Source: Candidatus Bathyarchaeia archaeon (GTDB taxonomy: Archaea; Thermoproteota; Bathyarchaeia; 40CM-2-53-6). From it: a stretch of DNA of 64,000 nt. Under the pieces are notes generated by a model, which saw only the letters and a list, made by a program, of their open reading frames with translations, was not told where the DNA came from and did no database searches. This document shows positions 21,454 through 30,298 of the stretch, piece after piece. The stretch covers positions 160,001 to 224,000 of the forward strand of contig JBEKFP010000002.1 of NCBI GenBank assembly GCA_050013255.1, in the 5' to 3' direction. Both the position numbers and the translations under genes were made by a program. Numbering within the stretch: position 1 is the first letter of the stretch; every line of letters begins with the position of its first letter.

Positions 21454-21663
21454 ATGGGCGCTTTCTTCGACACCATGAAGAACCTCAAACATTCTGGGCC
21501 TGCGCCGAAGATCTGCCCAGAGTGTGGGAGCATGAAGGTGAAGCAGCAGGGCTCGTTGAATGGCTGGTTGATGCCGGCAGTCTATGCATGTGAGGAATGC
21601 GGTTATGTTGGCGGCATTGTTCTTGAGCTTGATGAAGAGAACGATGACCAAAAGAAAACATGA
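21454..21663 (+). CDS. Small zinc-ribbon protein
   Basis: CPECGS...YACEECGYVG. Confidence 0.75.
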   Translation: MGAFFDTMKNLKHSGPAPKICPECGSMKVKQQGSLNGWLMPAVYACEECGYVGGIVLELDEENDDQKKT

Positions 21664-21665
21664 GA

Positions 21666-21700
21666 CGTTAATGTTCCATTAACGGTACATTAATATACCG
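21666..21700 (+). promoter_or_regulatory. Putative promoter with inverted repeats upstream of the membrane protein/AAA-Lon pair
   Basis: CGTTAATG-ttc-CATTAACG (21666-21684). TATA-like TTAATATA (21690-21697) is bracketed by CGGTA/TACCG. Confidence 0.45.
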
Positions 21701-21730
21701 CTCACGCCTGAGGACGAGCCGTAGACCTAA

Positions 21731-22633
21731 TTGGAGCGGCTGGACTCACTGGACTCAAGAAACGAACTTCACCTCATTCCGTGGGTCGCCGTAGTTCTTC
21801 TGGTTTCTCTCACATTCGGTGGGTTGCAAACCGCATCGGCCGATCAAATTCTCACGCGCACACTGAGCGTGCAGCTAAGCACAGGCGACTACTTGGTGGT
21901 TCAAAGTGATAGGGCAAGCATACAGCAGGTGTTCGTTCAGGGCAACTTCTCAGCGACCAACATGACACGACTCGCCCATTATCCTGCGGGCGACTACGAG
22001 ATTCAAGCATTCAATCCAGGCAGTTTCGAGTTGAGATTCATTTTCGATTACCCTAGTGAGTATCAGATCAACTTGCTCACTAGGTCCTCAAATTCAAGTT
22101 CGCCCGGGAATAGTACAACTTACTACTTGTCGGGCGGTTCGTTTGAGCTTGACGTAACTGCGATCTTCAACGCGCGGCCTAACACTCCCCCAATTGCCGT
22201 CCCATCCCTGTCGCCTTGGGACAGCTTTCTTCAGTGGATTGGAAAGTTTGGGGAGGCGTTTCCGTTATGGGTGAAGGGGCTCTATCTTGCGCTCGGCCTC
22301 CAATTCTTTGGTGTGGGTGGCTTATGGATCGCGCGTGAGTCCAAGAGGAAGGAAACAGCAGGGCAGCGACTTGACCTGGGCGATAAGGCATACCTCTGGT
22401 TAGGTGTCGTCTACAAGTTCCTGGTGGTCTCTTTTGCTGCAATCATTGCCATTATGGGCGGTGAACTTCTCTTACTGTTTGTACTTCGTTTCATGTTCCT
22501 TGCCTCTCTAGACCTTCTGTCTTTGTGGGATCTTTTTGTCGTTGGCTTTGCGGCAGGAGCGATCATAATGGTCTACCTAATTCGGTTTAGCCTTGAGAAG
22601 GTTTTCGACCTCAAACCTGTGGAAGGTGAGTAG
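21731..22633 (+). CDS. Membrane protein: N-terminal signal/anchor, extracellular beta-rich domain, ~3 C-terminal TM helices
   Basis: Hydropathy pattern; ends 2 nt before the AAA-Lon start. Confidence 0.75.
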   Translation: MERLDSLDSRNELHLIPWVAVVLLVSLTFGGLQTASADQILTRTLSVQLSTGDYLVVQSDRASIQQVFVQGNFSATNMTRLAHYPAGDYEIQAFNPGSFELRFIFDYPSEYQINLLTRSSNSSSPGNSTTYYLSGGSFELDVTAIFNARPNTPPIAVPSLSPWDSFLQWIGKFGEAFPLWVKGLYLALGLQFFGVGGLWIARESKRKETAGQRLDLGDKAYLWLGVVYKFLVVSFAAIIAIMGGELLLLFVLRFMFLASLDLLSLWDLFVVGFAAGAIIMVYLIRFSLEKVFDLKPVEGE

Positions 22634-22635
22634 TT

Positions 22636-25389
22636 ATGTCAAGTCAACTTGATGATTTGGAACGATATGTGCAGGCGCCTTCAGAACCTGAAGAGAACCT
22701 GGAGTGGTGGCGCAGGTTCAGAATATTGCGTTGGTTGAACTACGTACCGCTTCGTGCTGTCGATAAGGATTACGCGAAATGGCGGAAATCGCGAATATCG
22801 CCGAGGAAGTTCAGAAAAATACAGCAGCGCTTGGATAAGCTCTACCCGCCAGACAAATTCTCCTCAGTCAAACTCATCGGGCGCGAAAAAGAATACAACC
22901 TCCTGTTGGATTCTTTCAGGCTCCACGTCCTAAAGCACCCAATGCTTCGAAAATGGTTCGATAAAGACGAACTTCCGAAGGCCATCTGCCTAACCGGGGA
23001 AAGTGGAACCGGTAAGACTTTCCTCACGATGGTTTCTCTAAAGCAGATGCTACTTGAAGCCCACTCAAATGGCGTACTGCTCTCACCAATAATCATCAAA
23101 GGATCCGATGTCTTCTCAGAATACTACGGGCGGAGCACCAAGCAATTGAGTCGATTATTGGAGCGTGCTGCTTCAGCCCCTTCAGTGATCTACATAGATG
23201 AGTTCCAGAGTTTTGGAAAGAAGGTGAGAGGTGATTCTGGCACAGAACTGGAAGACACACGAGTTCAGGACGAGATAAACAGATGGCTCGATAAGATCCT
23301 AAGCAACGACGCACGCACCTTGGTAATTGTCGCTACAAATTCCTATGAACAAACGCGAGAAGACATTCGCCGCCGACTATCGCGGGTCGACCTTGACTCA
23401 GGAGTCACCCACGAGATGCTGCTGGCGATCATAAAGGACAGATTGTCAAGCGAAAGTTGGCGCGGAATTTCATCAGGTGAGATATTAGAGGTCTTGGAAA
23501 GAGAAGCGTCAATGCGCCGGCACGGTTCCATCACCCCAAATGATGTCCTAAGCGTTTTTAGAGAAGTGAAACGCGCGAAAGAGGTTCCACTGCTCGAGGC
23601 AATTCGAAGGTCTGTGCCTGGTCCGTTGTCCAAGTGGACCAAACCTAGGTACAGGGTAAGCCTCGAGGATTTTGCTCAGGCAGCGCACACGATGAAGTTC
23701 TATTCTGAGCGTGAAAAGTCGCAGGAAATTAGGGACGCGGTTTACATCGTCACCCCGAAGGATTCCAGAGAAGACATCGGCGGCCTTCATGACCTTAGGG
23801 ACAAAGTACTGAACCACATATCGCTCGCCTTCAACCGGAAAATGTCGGAGCTCGGATACGCCTCCAATTGTAGGTTCTTGCTGTTTGGGCCGCCAGGTAC
23901 CGGGAAGACGCTCCTCGCATTGGTTGCTGCAGCTGAGAATCGAGTTGCCTTCATCAAAGTCAGGGGAGGTGAACTGATGAGCGGTGCAAGTTACATAGGT
24001 GAACCCGAGAAACGGATTAAGGATCTATTTGCACTGGCCAGGCAGAGAACTCCGTGCATTCTTTTCCTCGACGAAGCCGACGCGATTTTCTGGGGAGCTG
24101 ACCCAACAGGTAACAAGATTCTTGCGCAAATAAAGGCCGAGTTGAGCGAGATTAAACCTGACGAAGGAATTGTGGTTATCGCCGCATCCAACAAGGAAAA
24201 TCTGATTGACCAAGCTACTAGGGATCGGTTCGAACCAAACGTATACTACGTACATCCACCGTTGAACGATGGTGAATGGAACGAGGTTGTGGAGATCCAC
24301 CTCAGAAAGTTCAGAAGGTTTCTACATCAGGAGATTGACCCGGCAAAAATCACACGGCTATTTAGAATGCAACGAATCTTGAGCCCGAGAGCTGCAGCCG
24401 AAACCATCTCCGAGGCACACAGGTTATGGGCTTCAGAATTGAGTGCGGTGGATGAGATTCGGACAGCTAAGGATGAGCAGGAGAAGCTCTTCGTCAAGAA
24501 GCGATACGAAGCGGACCTGAAACGGCTCCAATCCGTGATTGAAATGGAAGGCCACAAGTTATCGATGGAAAAAGTCGACGAGACTTGTTACCCAATCCGC
24601 CTGTACCACTTCGAAAGGGCAATTCAAGCGCTGGAGTCTAGCCAAGACAAACAGCGAAGAGAAATGGAAGAAGCCCTCATTCTGACCACGCCCACACCTG
24701 GAGCTTCATTCGGCCTCTACGCTGCTGATGATGGAACCGGTGGAATAATCACCGTAGAATGTTCAAGTAGACCGATAATCCCGGGAGAGAGACTCGTCTC
24801 CATAACAGGCAATTCCACTTCGATGATTGTAGGTCAGTCCGTCGTTCCGGACGAATCGGTTCTACAGAGCGCGCAAAACGCCGTAGAAGCGGTTAGGTCC
24901 TGGCTTTGGACGGCGTGCAACATGGACCTCAGCCGTTTGCATGTGCATTTCCAAGTTAGAAGCCTATTAGAAGGTGCCCCGGGGCAGGGAGTATCAGGGC
25001 CGAGTGCCGGTTTGGCGATGGTCCTAGCACTTTTCTCGGAACTTTCAGGCGTTCCGATTTCGCCTTCAATTGTTGCTACAGGAACAATCGGAGTTAAGCA
25101 TGACGTTGGCCCCGTAGGCGGACTAGGAGGGTACGGAACTCAGACTGGGAAGATTGTTGGAATCCTGAAGTCGAGACGTATACGTGTCACAGATTTGGTG
25201 TTGCCCATTGCAAACTTCGAAGCGGCGAGAGATGAAATGAGGATTCTGCAAGAAGAGGGGGTTTGCGTTCATCCTATACGTAACGTAGCAGAATGCTTGG
25301 AAGTTGTGTTCGGTGTTAGCGAACAGGGATTGATTGGAGAGATAAAAGAAAGGTACGAGACAGCTGCGATGCTAACTCAGCGGGCTTAG
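22636..25389 (+). CDS. Tandem AAA-AAA ATPase fused to a Lon (S16) protease domain
   Basis: D1 GESGTGKT/IYIDE; D2 GPPGTGKT/LFLDEAD; Lon motifs SGPSAG, ATGTI, PVGG...K. Confidence 0.85.
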   Translation: MSSQLDDLERYVQAPSEPEENLEWWRRFRILRWLNYVPLRAVDKDYAKWRKSRISPRKFRKIQQRLDKLYPPDKFSSVKLIGREKEYNLLLDSFRLHVLKHPMLRKWFDKDELPKAICLTGESGTGKTFLTMVSLKQMLLEAHSNGVLLSPIIIKGSDVFSEYYGRSTKQLSRLLERAASAPSVIYIDEFQSFGKKVRGDSGTELEDTRVQDEINRWLDKILSNDARTLVIVATNSYEQTREDIRRRLSRVDLDSGVTHEMLLAIIKDRLSSESWRGISSGEILEVLEREASMRRHGSITPNDVLSVFREVKRAKEVPLLEAIRRSVPGPLSKWTKPRYRVSLEDFAQAAHTMKFYSEREKSQEIRDAVYIVTPKDSREDIGGLHDLRDKVLNHISLAFNRKMSELGYASNCRFLLFGPPGTGKTLLALVAAAENRVAFIKVRGGELMSGASYIGEPEKRIKDLFALARQRTPCILFLDEADAIFWGADPTGNKILAQIKAELSEIKPDEGIVVIAASNKENLIDQATRDRFEPNVYYVHPPLNDGEWNEVVEIHLRKFRRFLHQEIDPAKITRLFRMQRILSPRAAAETISEAHRLWASELSAVDEIRTAKDEQEKLFVKKRYEADLKRLQSVIEMEGHKLSMEKVDETCYPIRLYHFERAIQALESSQDKQRREMEEALILTTPTPGASFGLYAADDGTGGIITVECSSRPIIPGERLVSITGNSTSMIVGQSVVPDESVLQSAQNAVEAVRSWLWTACNMDLSRLHVHFQVRSLLEGAPGQGVSGPSAGLAMVLALFSELSGVPISPSIVATGTIGVKHDVGPVGGLGGYGTQTGKIVGILKSRRIRVTDLVLPIANFEAARDEMRILQEEGVCVHPIRNVAECLEVVFGVSEQGLIGEIKERYETAAMLTQRA

Positions 25390-26318
25390 ATATCCAGTTT
25401 CAGTGATTCTTTGAGGCCCTTGTACCTGTTCCGGACAGTAACTTCAGTAACGTTAGCTACCTCAGCTATCTCCTTCTGGGTCTTCTTTTCCCCTTCTAGG
25501 ACGCACGCTACGTAGAGTGACGCTGCCGCAAGCCCCATGGGGTCTTTTCCGGCAACAATTCCCTTCATCTTTGCCTCGTTGATTATCTTAATCGCACGTT
25601 GCTGTGTGGGCATTGAAATTTCGACTTTCGTGGCAATCTTCGAAATGCATTTAACCGGATCTTCGACTGGCATTCGGAGGTCTAATTCGCGGACGAGTAG
25701 TCTATAACACCTTGCAACATCTTTCTTTCGAATCCTACTCGCAGCGGACACGTCTTTCAGTGTTCTCGGGGTTTCGGAAATCCTACAAGCTGCATAGAGT
25801 GATGCTGCGGCAATTGCAGCTATCGAACGACCTCTGACAAGTCCGTTGTCGAGGGCTTTTCTGTAGACTATGGCAGCTCGTTCCTTTATGGAGGCTGGTA
25901 TGTGCAACATGTCTGTTAGGCGGTCAAGTTCGGCCATTGCTTGAGCAAGATTCCTATCGGCCGAGGAGTGTACACGTGTTCTGATTTGCCACTTCCTTAG
26001 GCGAAGCATTTCAAGCCTGGTTGCTAGCGGAAGTTGACGACCGTACGCGTCTCGGTTGACGCGGTCGATGACCGTTGAAAGGCCCTTATCATGAATAGAG
26101 AATGACGTTGGGATACCCACGCGCCCGCGTTCATCCTTCTCTTCCTTCGTGAAGGCACGCCATTCGGGCCCTTGGTTCAGGGAATGTTCGCTGATAACCA
26201 AACCGCAATTCTGGCAGATTATCTCGCCTTGATCATAGTCCTCTACTAAGTTCGTGCTCCCACATTCGGGGCAGTTGGTTAGTTTTCCAACTTTCTTCGT
26301 TGTCGTGCTCGCACTCAA
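25386..26318 (-). CDS. tfb: Transcription initiation factor IIB
   Basis: CPECGS...CQNCG, GPEWRAF, HDKGLST, VRGRS, GKDPMGLAAA, VTEVTVRNRY. Confidence 0.98.
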   Translation of the reverse strand: MSASTTTKKVGKLTNCPECGSTNLVEDYDQGEIICQNCGLVISEHSLNQGPEWRAFTKEEKDERGRVGIPTSFSIHDKGLSTVIDRVNRDAYGRQLPLATRLEMLRLRKWQIRTRVHSSADRNLAQAMAELDRLTDMLHIPASIKERAAIVYRKALDNGLVRGRSIAAIAAASLYAACRISETPRTLKDVSAASRIRKKDVARCYRLLVRELDLRMPVEDPVKCISKIATKVEISMPTQQRAIKIINEAKMKGIVAGKDPMGLAAASLYVACVLEGEKKTQKEIAEVANVTEVTVRNRYKGLKESLKLDI

Positions 26319-26604
26319 TTTCTTTCAACCTTTTCGATGCTTTACGCTCGGACCATCTCTCCTTAGTAGAACAACGCGGCGTCGTTCTGCTTCAGAACTT
26401 CGTCATCCGGCCCGAAAGCTATAATAACCACGCCTGCACACTATTTAAAGCTTGTGTCGAATTTCGCTGTTTCTACTCCAGTCGTTGAATTTCGCCACGT
26501 TTTCACGCAATATGTGTCAAGTTATGTGGATTAATGCTTTATCATTTGATAATGGCCTTTAATGTTGCTTCACGAGCCCATTTGGGGTGATTTAAAGCCA
26601 GAAT

Positions 26605-26856
26605 TCAATCAAGCGCCTTCCGGAAGTATACGTGATCAGATTCTCTACGCAAGAAACGTGCGTACCTTCCACATTCCGATACGAGCATGGGTTGCAAGTC
26701 GTCGGGGGATGTGATGACTTCGATATTCAAGACTCTAAAACGGTTCTGTTCCGGATCTTTGCCGAACAGCTTTCGGAAATCGTCGAGGGCGAGTTCAGGT
26801 GACAGCGGATCCTTCATGTCAATGACCACTGGGATCCTTCTGATTGGTACTTTCAC
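26605..26856 (-). CDS. Small protein, last gene of the crenactin operon (arcadin-3-like by position)
   Basis: GTG 26856 lies 8 nt after the upstream stop and gives 83 aa (MKVPIRRIPVVID...), avoiding the 50-nt overlap of the track call. Confidence 0.6.
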   Translation of the reverse strand: MKVPIRRIPVVIDMKDPLSPELALDDFRKLFGKDPEQNRFRVLNIEVITSPDDLQPMLVSECGRYARFLRRESDHVYFRKALD

Positions 26857-26863
26857 GACTACT

Positions 26864-27529
26864 TCAACCGGCAATAGGCTCGTCTCCAGATCTGCCGCGT
26901 TTGGAAAGAACATCTAACCAGGGGTTATTCGAAAAGAAAGCCGGAAGTTGTGACCCAGAAATACTGGGGCTGGGAAATATAGGTTCGTGTCGAGCAATCC
27001 GAGAAAGCGTGGGTTCTCTTGTATCTGTTTGCGTCTCGGAATTGCGCCTTAAGGTTTTCAGGTCGTCGCGAAGTGTGGCTATGGTTCTCTCCATTTCCGT
27101 GTACATTGATTTCAAGCTGGCCAGTTCAGTGAATAGACCTGGGTCGGGAGTCTGAGATGTTTGTGCCATCAGCTTTGTGGGTTGCACTAGTTGCGGAGCA
27201 ACGACTTCGTCGATCCTGCGTTCGTCGAAAAGGAGCAAGCCTATTCCATAAGGCTTGAAGACTGCGGCGTCAATGGAAGCTCCCAGTAATCGTGGTGCGG
27301 CCAAATAGAGGAATTGAGATGAATTCCGAAGGGACGTCAGGCTGAGTATGGCCTCAATAACCCTGTTTCTCTCAACGAAATCCTCGCTCCTCAAAATGAC
27401 GACATGAACTTTCTCGGAACCTGAAATGAATGCGAGGTTATTTTGCGGTATTTCGGACTTTTCGGTCTGATGCATGCCCATTGCTAGAAAGTAGTGAAGC
27501 AACCTGTCCTCGATAGGTAAGTCAGCCAC
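26864..27529 (-). CDS. Arcadin-2-like crenactin partner
   Basis: Overlaps the crenactin stop; alpha/beta N-domain, coiled coil, and C-terminal amphipathic NNPWLDVLSKRG. Confidence 0.65.
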   Translation of the reverse strand: MADLPIEDRLLHYFLAMGMHQTEKSEIPQNNLAFISGSEKVHVVILRSEDFVERNRVIEAILSLTSLRNSSQFLYLAAPRLLGASIDAAVFKPYGIGLLLFDERRIDEVVAPQLVQPTKLMAQTSQTPDPGLFTELASLKSMYTEMERTIATLRDDLKTLRRNSETQTDTREPTLSRIARHEPIFPSPSISGSQLPAFFSNNPWLDVLSKRGRSGDEPIAG

Positions 27530-28799
27530 TGAGCTTCATCCACCCCTCGAGGCGTTGCCAATCCCACCCGTAGTTATCAGGGACAGCGAAGCCATAGATT
27601 ATGCAGCCATGCCAGACCGAAAATTGAGGTGATTTTGTCATCTTGACGGAGACATTCTTGATTCCCTTCTGTCGAAGTAGCAACTTGATTTTTGTGGGGG
27701 CGTCGACCGCAGTATCTTCGAGGCGTTCAGGAACGATCCAGCTGAAGTTCCCGCCAGACAACAACACCTCACGGTAGAGCATCGGTTGGAGTTCAACTGG
27801 GCAGCGCTCTACTGAGGCAACAATGGCATCGCCGAAGTCTAGCATCCCGCGGAATATGGTATCGCCCATCTTAACGTCCCTAGGTCTCGGCATGCCGCGC
27901 CCGAAGTAGCTCTCGAAAATTTCGTGGTTCGGGTTAAACACGTATTCGCCAATCAGGAACCTACTCCACGAGTCTTTTTCTAAGTCAATCTCGACCCTGG
28001 TTCCTGGTACTTTGTACTTGGCCCTGAATTTTCGTGGCGACCTCTTCGCTTCATCTACGGCAGCGTCGAGGTCTGCCGGTACAAGCCCTATGTTTTCCTT
28101 GACTTTACGAACAAAAGCCTCTTCGTTGGCAAGGTCTCCGTATCCCGCGTCTTTCAATATCTCAGACGTAATTGCGTTTGCGTCGCCACCGCCTCGGTTG
28201 AGAACAACTTGCGCTGCGCGGATGGGGTACTTAGAGATAGGGCAGACTTGACTATTGCCATGCCCGGATTCGATCACGACGCAAGTTGTCACACCATGAC
28301 CGATTGCGACGGCGAACGGCTGAGGTATGACTGTTATCGCCTTGACATTTCCATTAGCGTTGTTTTGTCCGAAGAGTTCTAGGAGCCGTTCGTACATGTA
28401 GCGTGGTGATACTGACGAGAGTGACGCTACGACGTAGTATCCTTGGAAGCCATTGTTTGGTTCGGGTTTGAAGCTATTCAACCCGAAGTTAGTTAGGGCG
28501 CTTACCACTCGCCATGCAGTGTCATCGGCCCTGTCGATCATGCCGTTACGCATGGGATAAACTAAGCGACTTGATAGGTCATCGGCTGACTGTAGGTAGA
28601 GTGGAACGTCTTCTCCCACAATGATTTCATCTGTCGATTCAAAAGCCTTGTACACAACAGAGTTCTTGTCGGGAAAGTAACCTCGGTTGTTGACGATTCT
28701 CGGCGTCTCGCCGCATGTTATTGGACCAAACTTGAAGTCGCTTGTCCCGAAGTCCATAGCGAAAGTGTAGTGGCTTCGATAGTCGGTTTCTGCGGTCAT
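27522..28799 (-). CDS. Crenactin (archaeal actin)
   Basis: YTFAMDFGTS, PQPFAVAI, ESGHGN.QV.PI, LNRGG..ANAIT.EILKD.GY, RFLIGE.VF.PNHE, LSGG.FSW, SVW.G.IIYG, EGW; these match crenactin as I recall it. Confidence 0.92.
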   Translation of the reverse strand: MTAETDYRSHYTFAMDFGTSDFKFGPITCGETPRIVNNRGYFPDKNSVVYKAFESTDEIIVGEDVPLYLQSADDLSSRLVYPMRNGMIDRADDTAWRVVSALTNFGLNSFKPEPNNGFQGYYVVASLSSVSPRYMYERLLELFGQNNANGNVKAITVIPQPFAVAIGHGVTTCVVIESGHGNSQVCPISKYPIRAAQVVLNRGGGDANAITSEILKDAGYGDLANEEAFVRKVKENIGLVPADLDAAVDEAKRSPRKFRAKYKVPGTRVEIDLEKDSWSRFLIGEYVFNPNHEIFESYFGRGMPRPRDVKMGDTIFRGMLDFGDAIVASVERCPVELQPMLYREVLLSGGNFSWIVPERLEDTAVDAPTKIKLLLRQKGIKNVSVKMTKSPQFSVWHGCIIYGFAVPDNYGWDWQRLEGWMKLSG

Positions 28800-28987
28800 G
28801 CTCTCGACTCCTCTACAACCAAGCGATTGCCATCGATCCGCACTACGACCTCTTGATCTGGGCTGAACGGGAATGATGAATCTTTGACAATATCGGCTGG
28901 GATGTACAGAATCCCTGTTTTACTTCGATTGCTGCGGGTTGGTAGGATCATTTTTGCATAGCCTTCGAGCATCAGGTATTTCACCAT
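28796..28987 (-). CDS. AbrB/SpoVT/MazE-fold small DNA-binding protein
   Basis: LYIPADIVKDSSFPF...EVVVRID...LVVE; ATGA overlap with crenactin. Confidence 0.7.
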   Translation of the reverse strand: MVKYLMLEGYAKMILPTRSNRSKTGILYIPADIVKDSSFPFSPDQEVVVRIDGNRLVVEESRA

Positions 28988-29117
28988 GCAATCAACAATG
29001 CAAACTAGCTGCCCTTGAGTTGGAGATTTAACGGCGCCAGGGAAGGCTGGGGGTAGTGAGTCGAGTAAAACTAAAGCGCACTCCTAGGATAGGAACGTTG
29101 GATGAGGGCCCACCTAA

Positions 29118-29543
29118 ATGGTCACCTACATAACGCGGGACCAACTGCAATTCATAATGAACCATGCTCGTTCGACGTATCCTGAGGAGTGCTGCGGCTT
29201 TCTCTTGGGCAGTGATTCTGACCCTCGAATAATAGGGCGCGCGCTATCGGCCCAGAACACCAATCGAGGTTCGCGCAAAAATCGATTCAACATTGATCCG
29301 ATGGAACTCGTACGGGCGGACGAAGAAGCACATAGGGCCAACCTCGATTTGATAGGAATCTATCACTCACACCCTGACGGACCTCCTCAGCCTTCGCAGG
29401 TCGATCTAGAGAACGCGTGGCCATGGTATACCTATTTGGTTGTATGTGTGGAAAACGGAGAACCAAAGGGCGTGGCAGCATGGATCCTCAGTGAAGACCG
29501 CTCGACGTTTCATCTTGAAGATATGAGAGTCATGGCTGATTAA
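29118..29543 (+). CDS. JAMM/MPN+ (M67) metallopeptidase
   Basis: YPEECCGFL; YHSHP...PSQVD. Confidence 0.92.
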   Translation: MVTYITRDQLQFIMNHARSTYPEECCGFLLGSDSDPRIIGRALSAQNTNRGSRKNRFNIDPMELVRADEEAHRANLDLIGIYHSHPDGPPQPSQVDLENAWPWYTYLVVCVENGEPKGVAAWILSEDRSTFHLEDMRVMAD

Positions 29544-29548
29544 GCGGA

Positions 29549-29806
29549 TCAAGGGAATCTTACAGATTCCTCTACCTCAACAGAAAAGCCAATTTGGTTT
29601 TGTTCTGCCACGGGCTTCAATATTTCTTCAATTCGATTCCTCTGCATGCTAGGGCCCTCATAGGTGAGCGAGAACTCTTTTCCAGGTACTACGACCGAGT
29701 GAACTTCTTTTTTGAACCCAGCGGTGGCCAATGCTGTGTCGACTTCCTTTAGAGCTTGAATCGGGAAAGCTTCGCCCTTCGAAGAGAGGTTTACTAATAG
29801 TAGCAT
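29549..29806 (-). CDS. Hypothetical protein
   Basis: ATG start, plausible alpha/beta protein. Confidence 0.6.
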   Translation of the reverse strand: MLLLVNLSSKGEAFPIQALKEVDTALATAGFKKEVHSVVVPGKEFSLTYEGPSMQRNRIEEILKPVAEQNQIGFSVEVEESVRFP

Positions 29807-29913
29807 GGGCTCTCACTTTGCGTGTGCTGCCACGGAATGATAAACGCTGCTACGCGAAGGCTACAGGCTATTCCTTAAGAAATGACAAATGAGATAGCAA
29901 ATCCAGTGAAGGA

Positions 29914-30270
29914 ATGACTATGTTCGAGCATCGTAAAGACCCACTAATCTCACGGGCAGCGTTCTTGAAACGCGTAGTTCGCTATGCGCTAATCGCCTTT
30001 GCAATCGATGCCGGTTCCTTGGCGGTCGGCGTAATAGGCTACCATGTCTTCGAAGGCCTTAGTTGGGTTGATTCGCTTCTTAATGCTGCGATGCTGCTTG
30101 GAGGTATGGGTCCGGTGAATGAATTGCATACAACTTCTGGAAAGTTGTTCGCTTCATTCTACGCAATTTACTGTGGCGTGATATTCCTGGTCGTCGCGGG
30201 AATCCTGCTTGCCCCAATAATTCATCGTTTCATTCACCACTTTCACCTTGAAGCGGACAGCTCGACCTGA
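29914..30270 (+). CDS. Small two-TM ion-channel-like protein
   Basis: EGLSWVDSLLNAAMLLGGMG pore-like segment; GKLFASFY. Confidence 0.7.
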   Translation: MTMFEHRKDPLISRAAFLKRVVRYALIAFAIDAGSLAVGVIGYHVFEGLSWVDSLLNAAMLLGGMGPVNELHTTSGKLFASFYAIYCGVIFLVVAGILLAPIIHRFIHHFHLEADSST

Positions 30271-30298
30271 AACGAGAGCGTGCTCGCGGACGCTTCTC

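Noticed and set aside
26857-26913. N-terminal extension of track ORF 26605-26913
   Set aside because: Overlaps the upstream gene by 50 nt; GTG 26856 fits operon spacing better.
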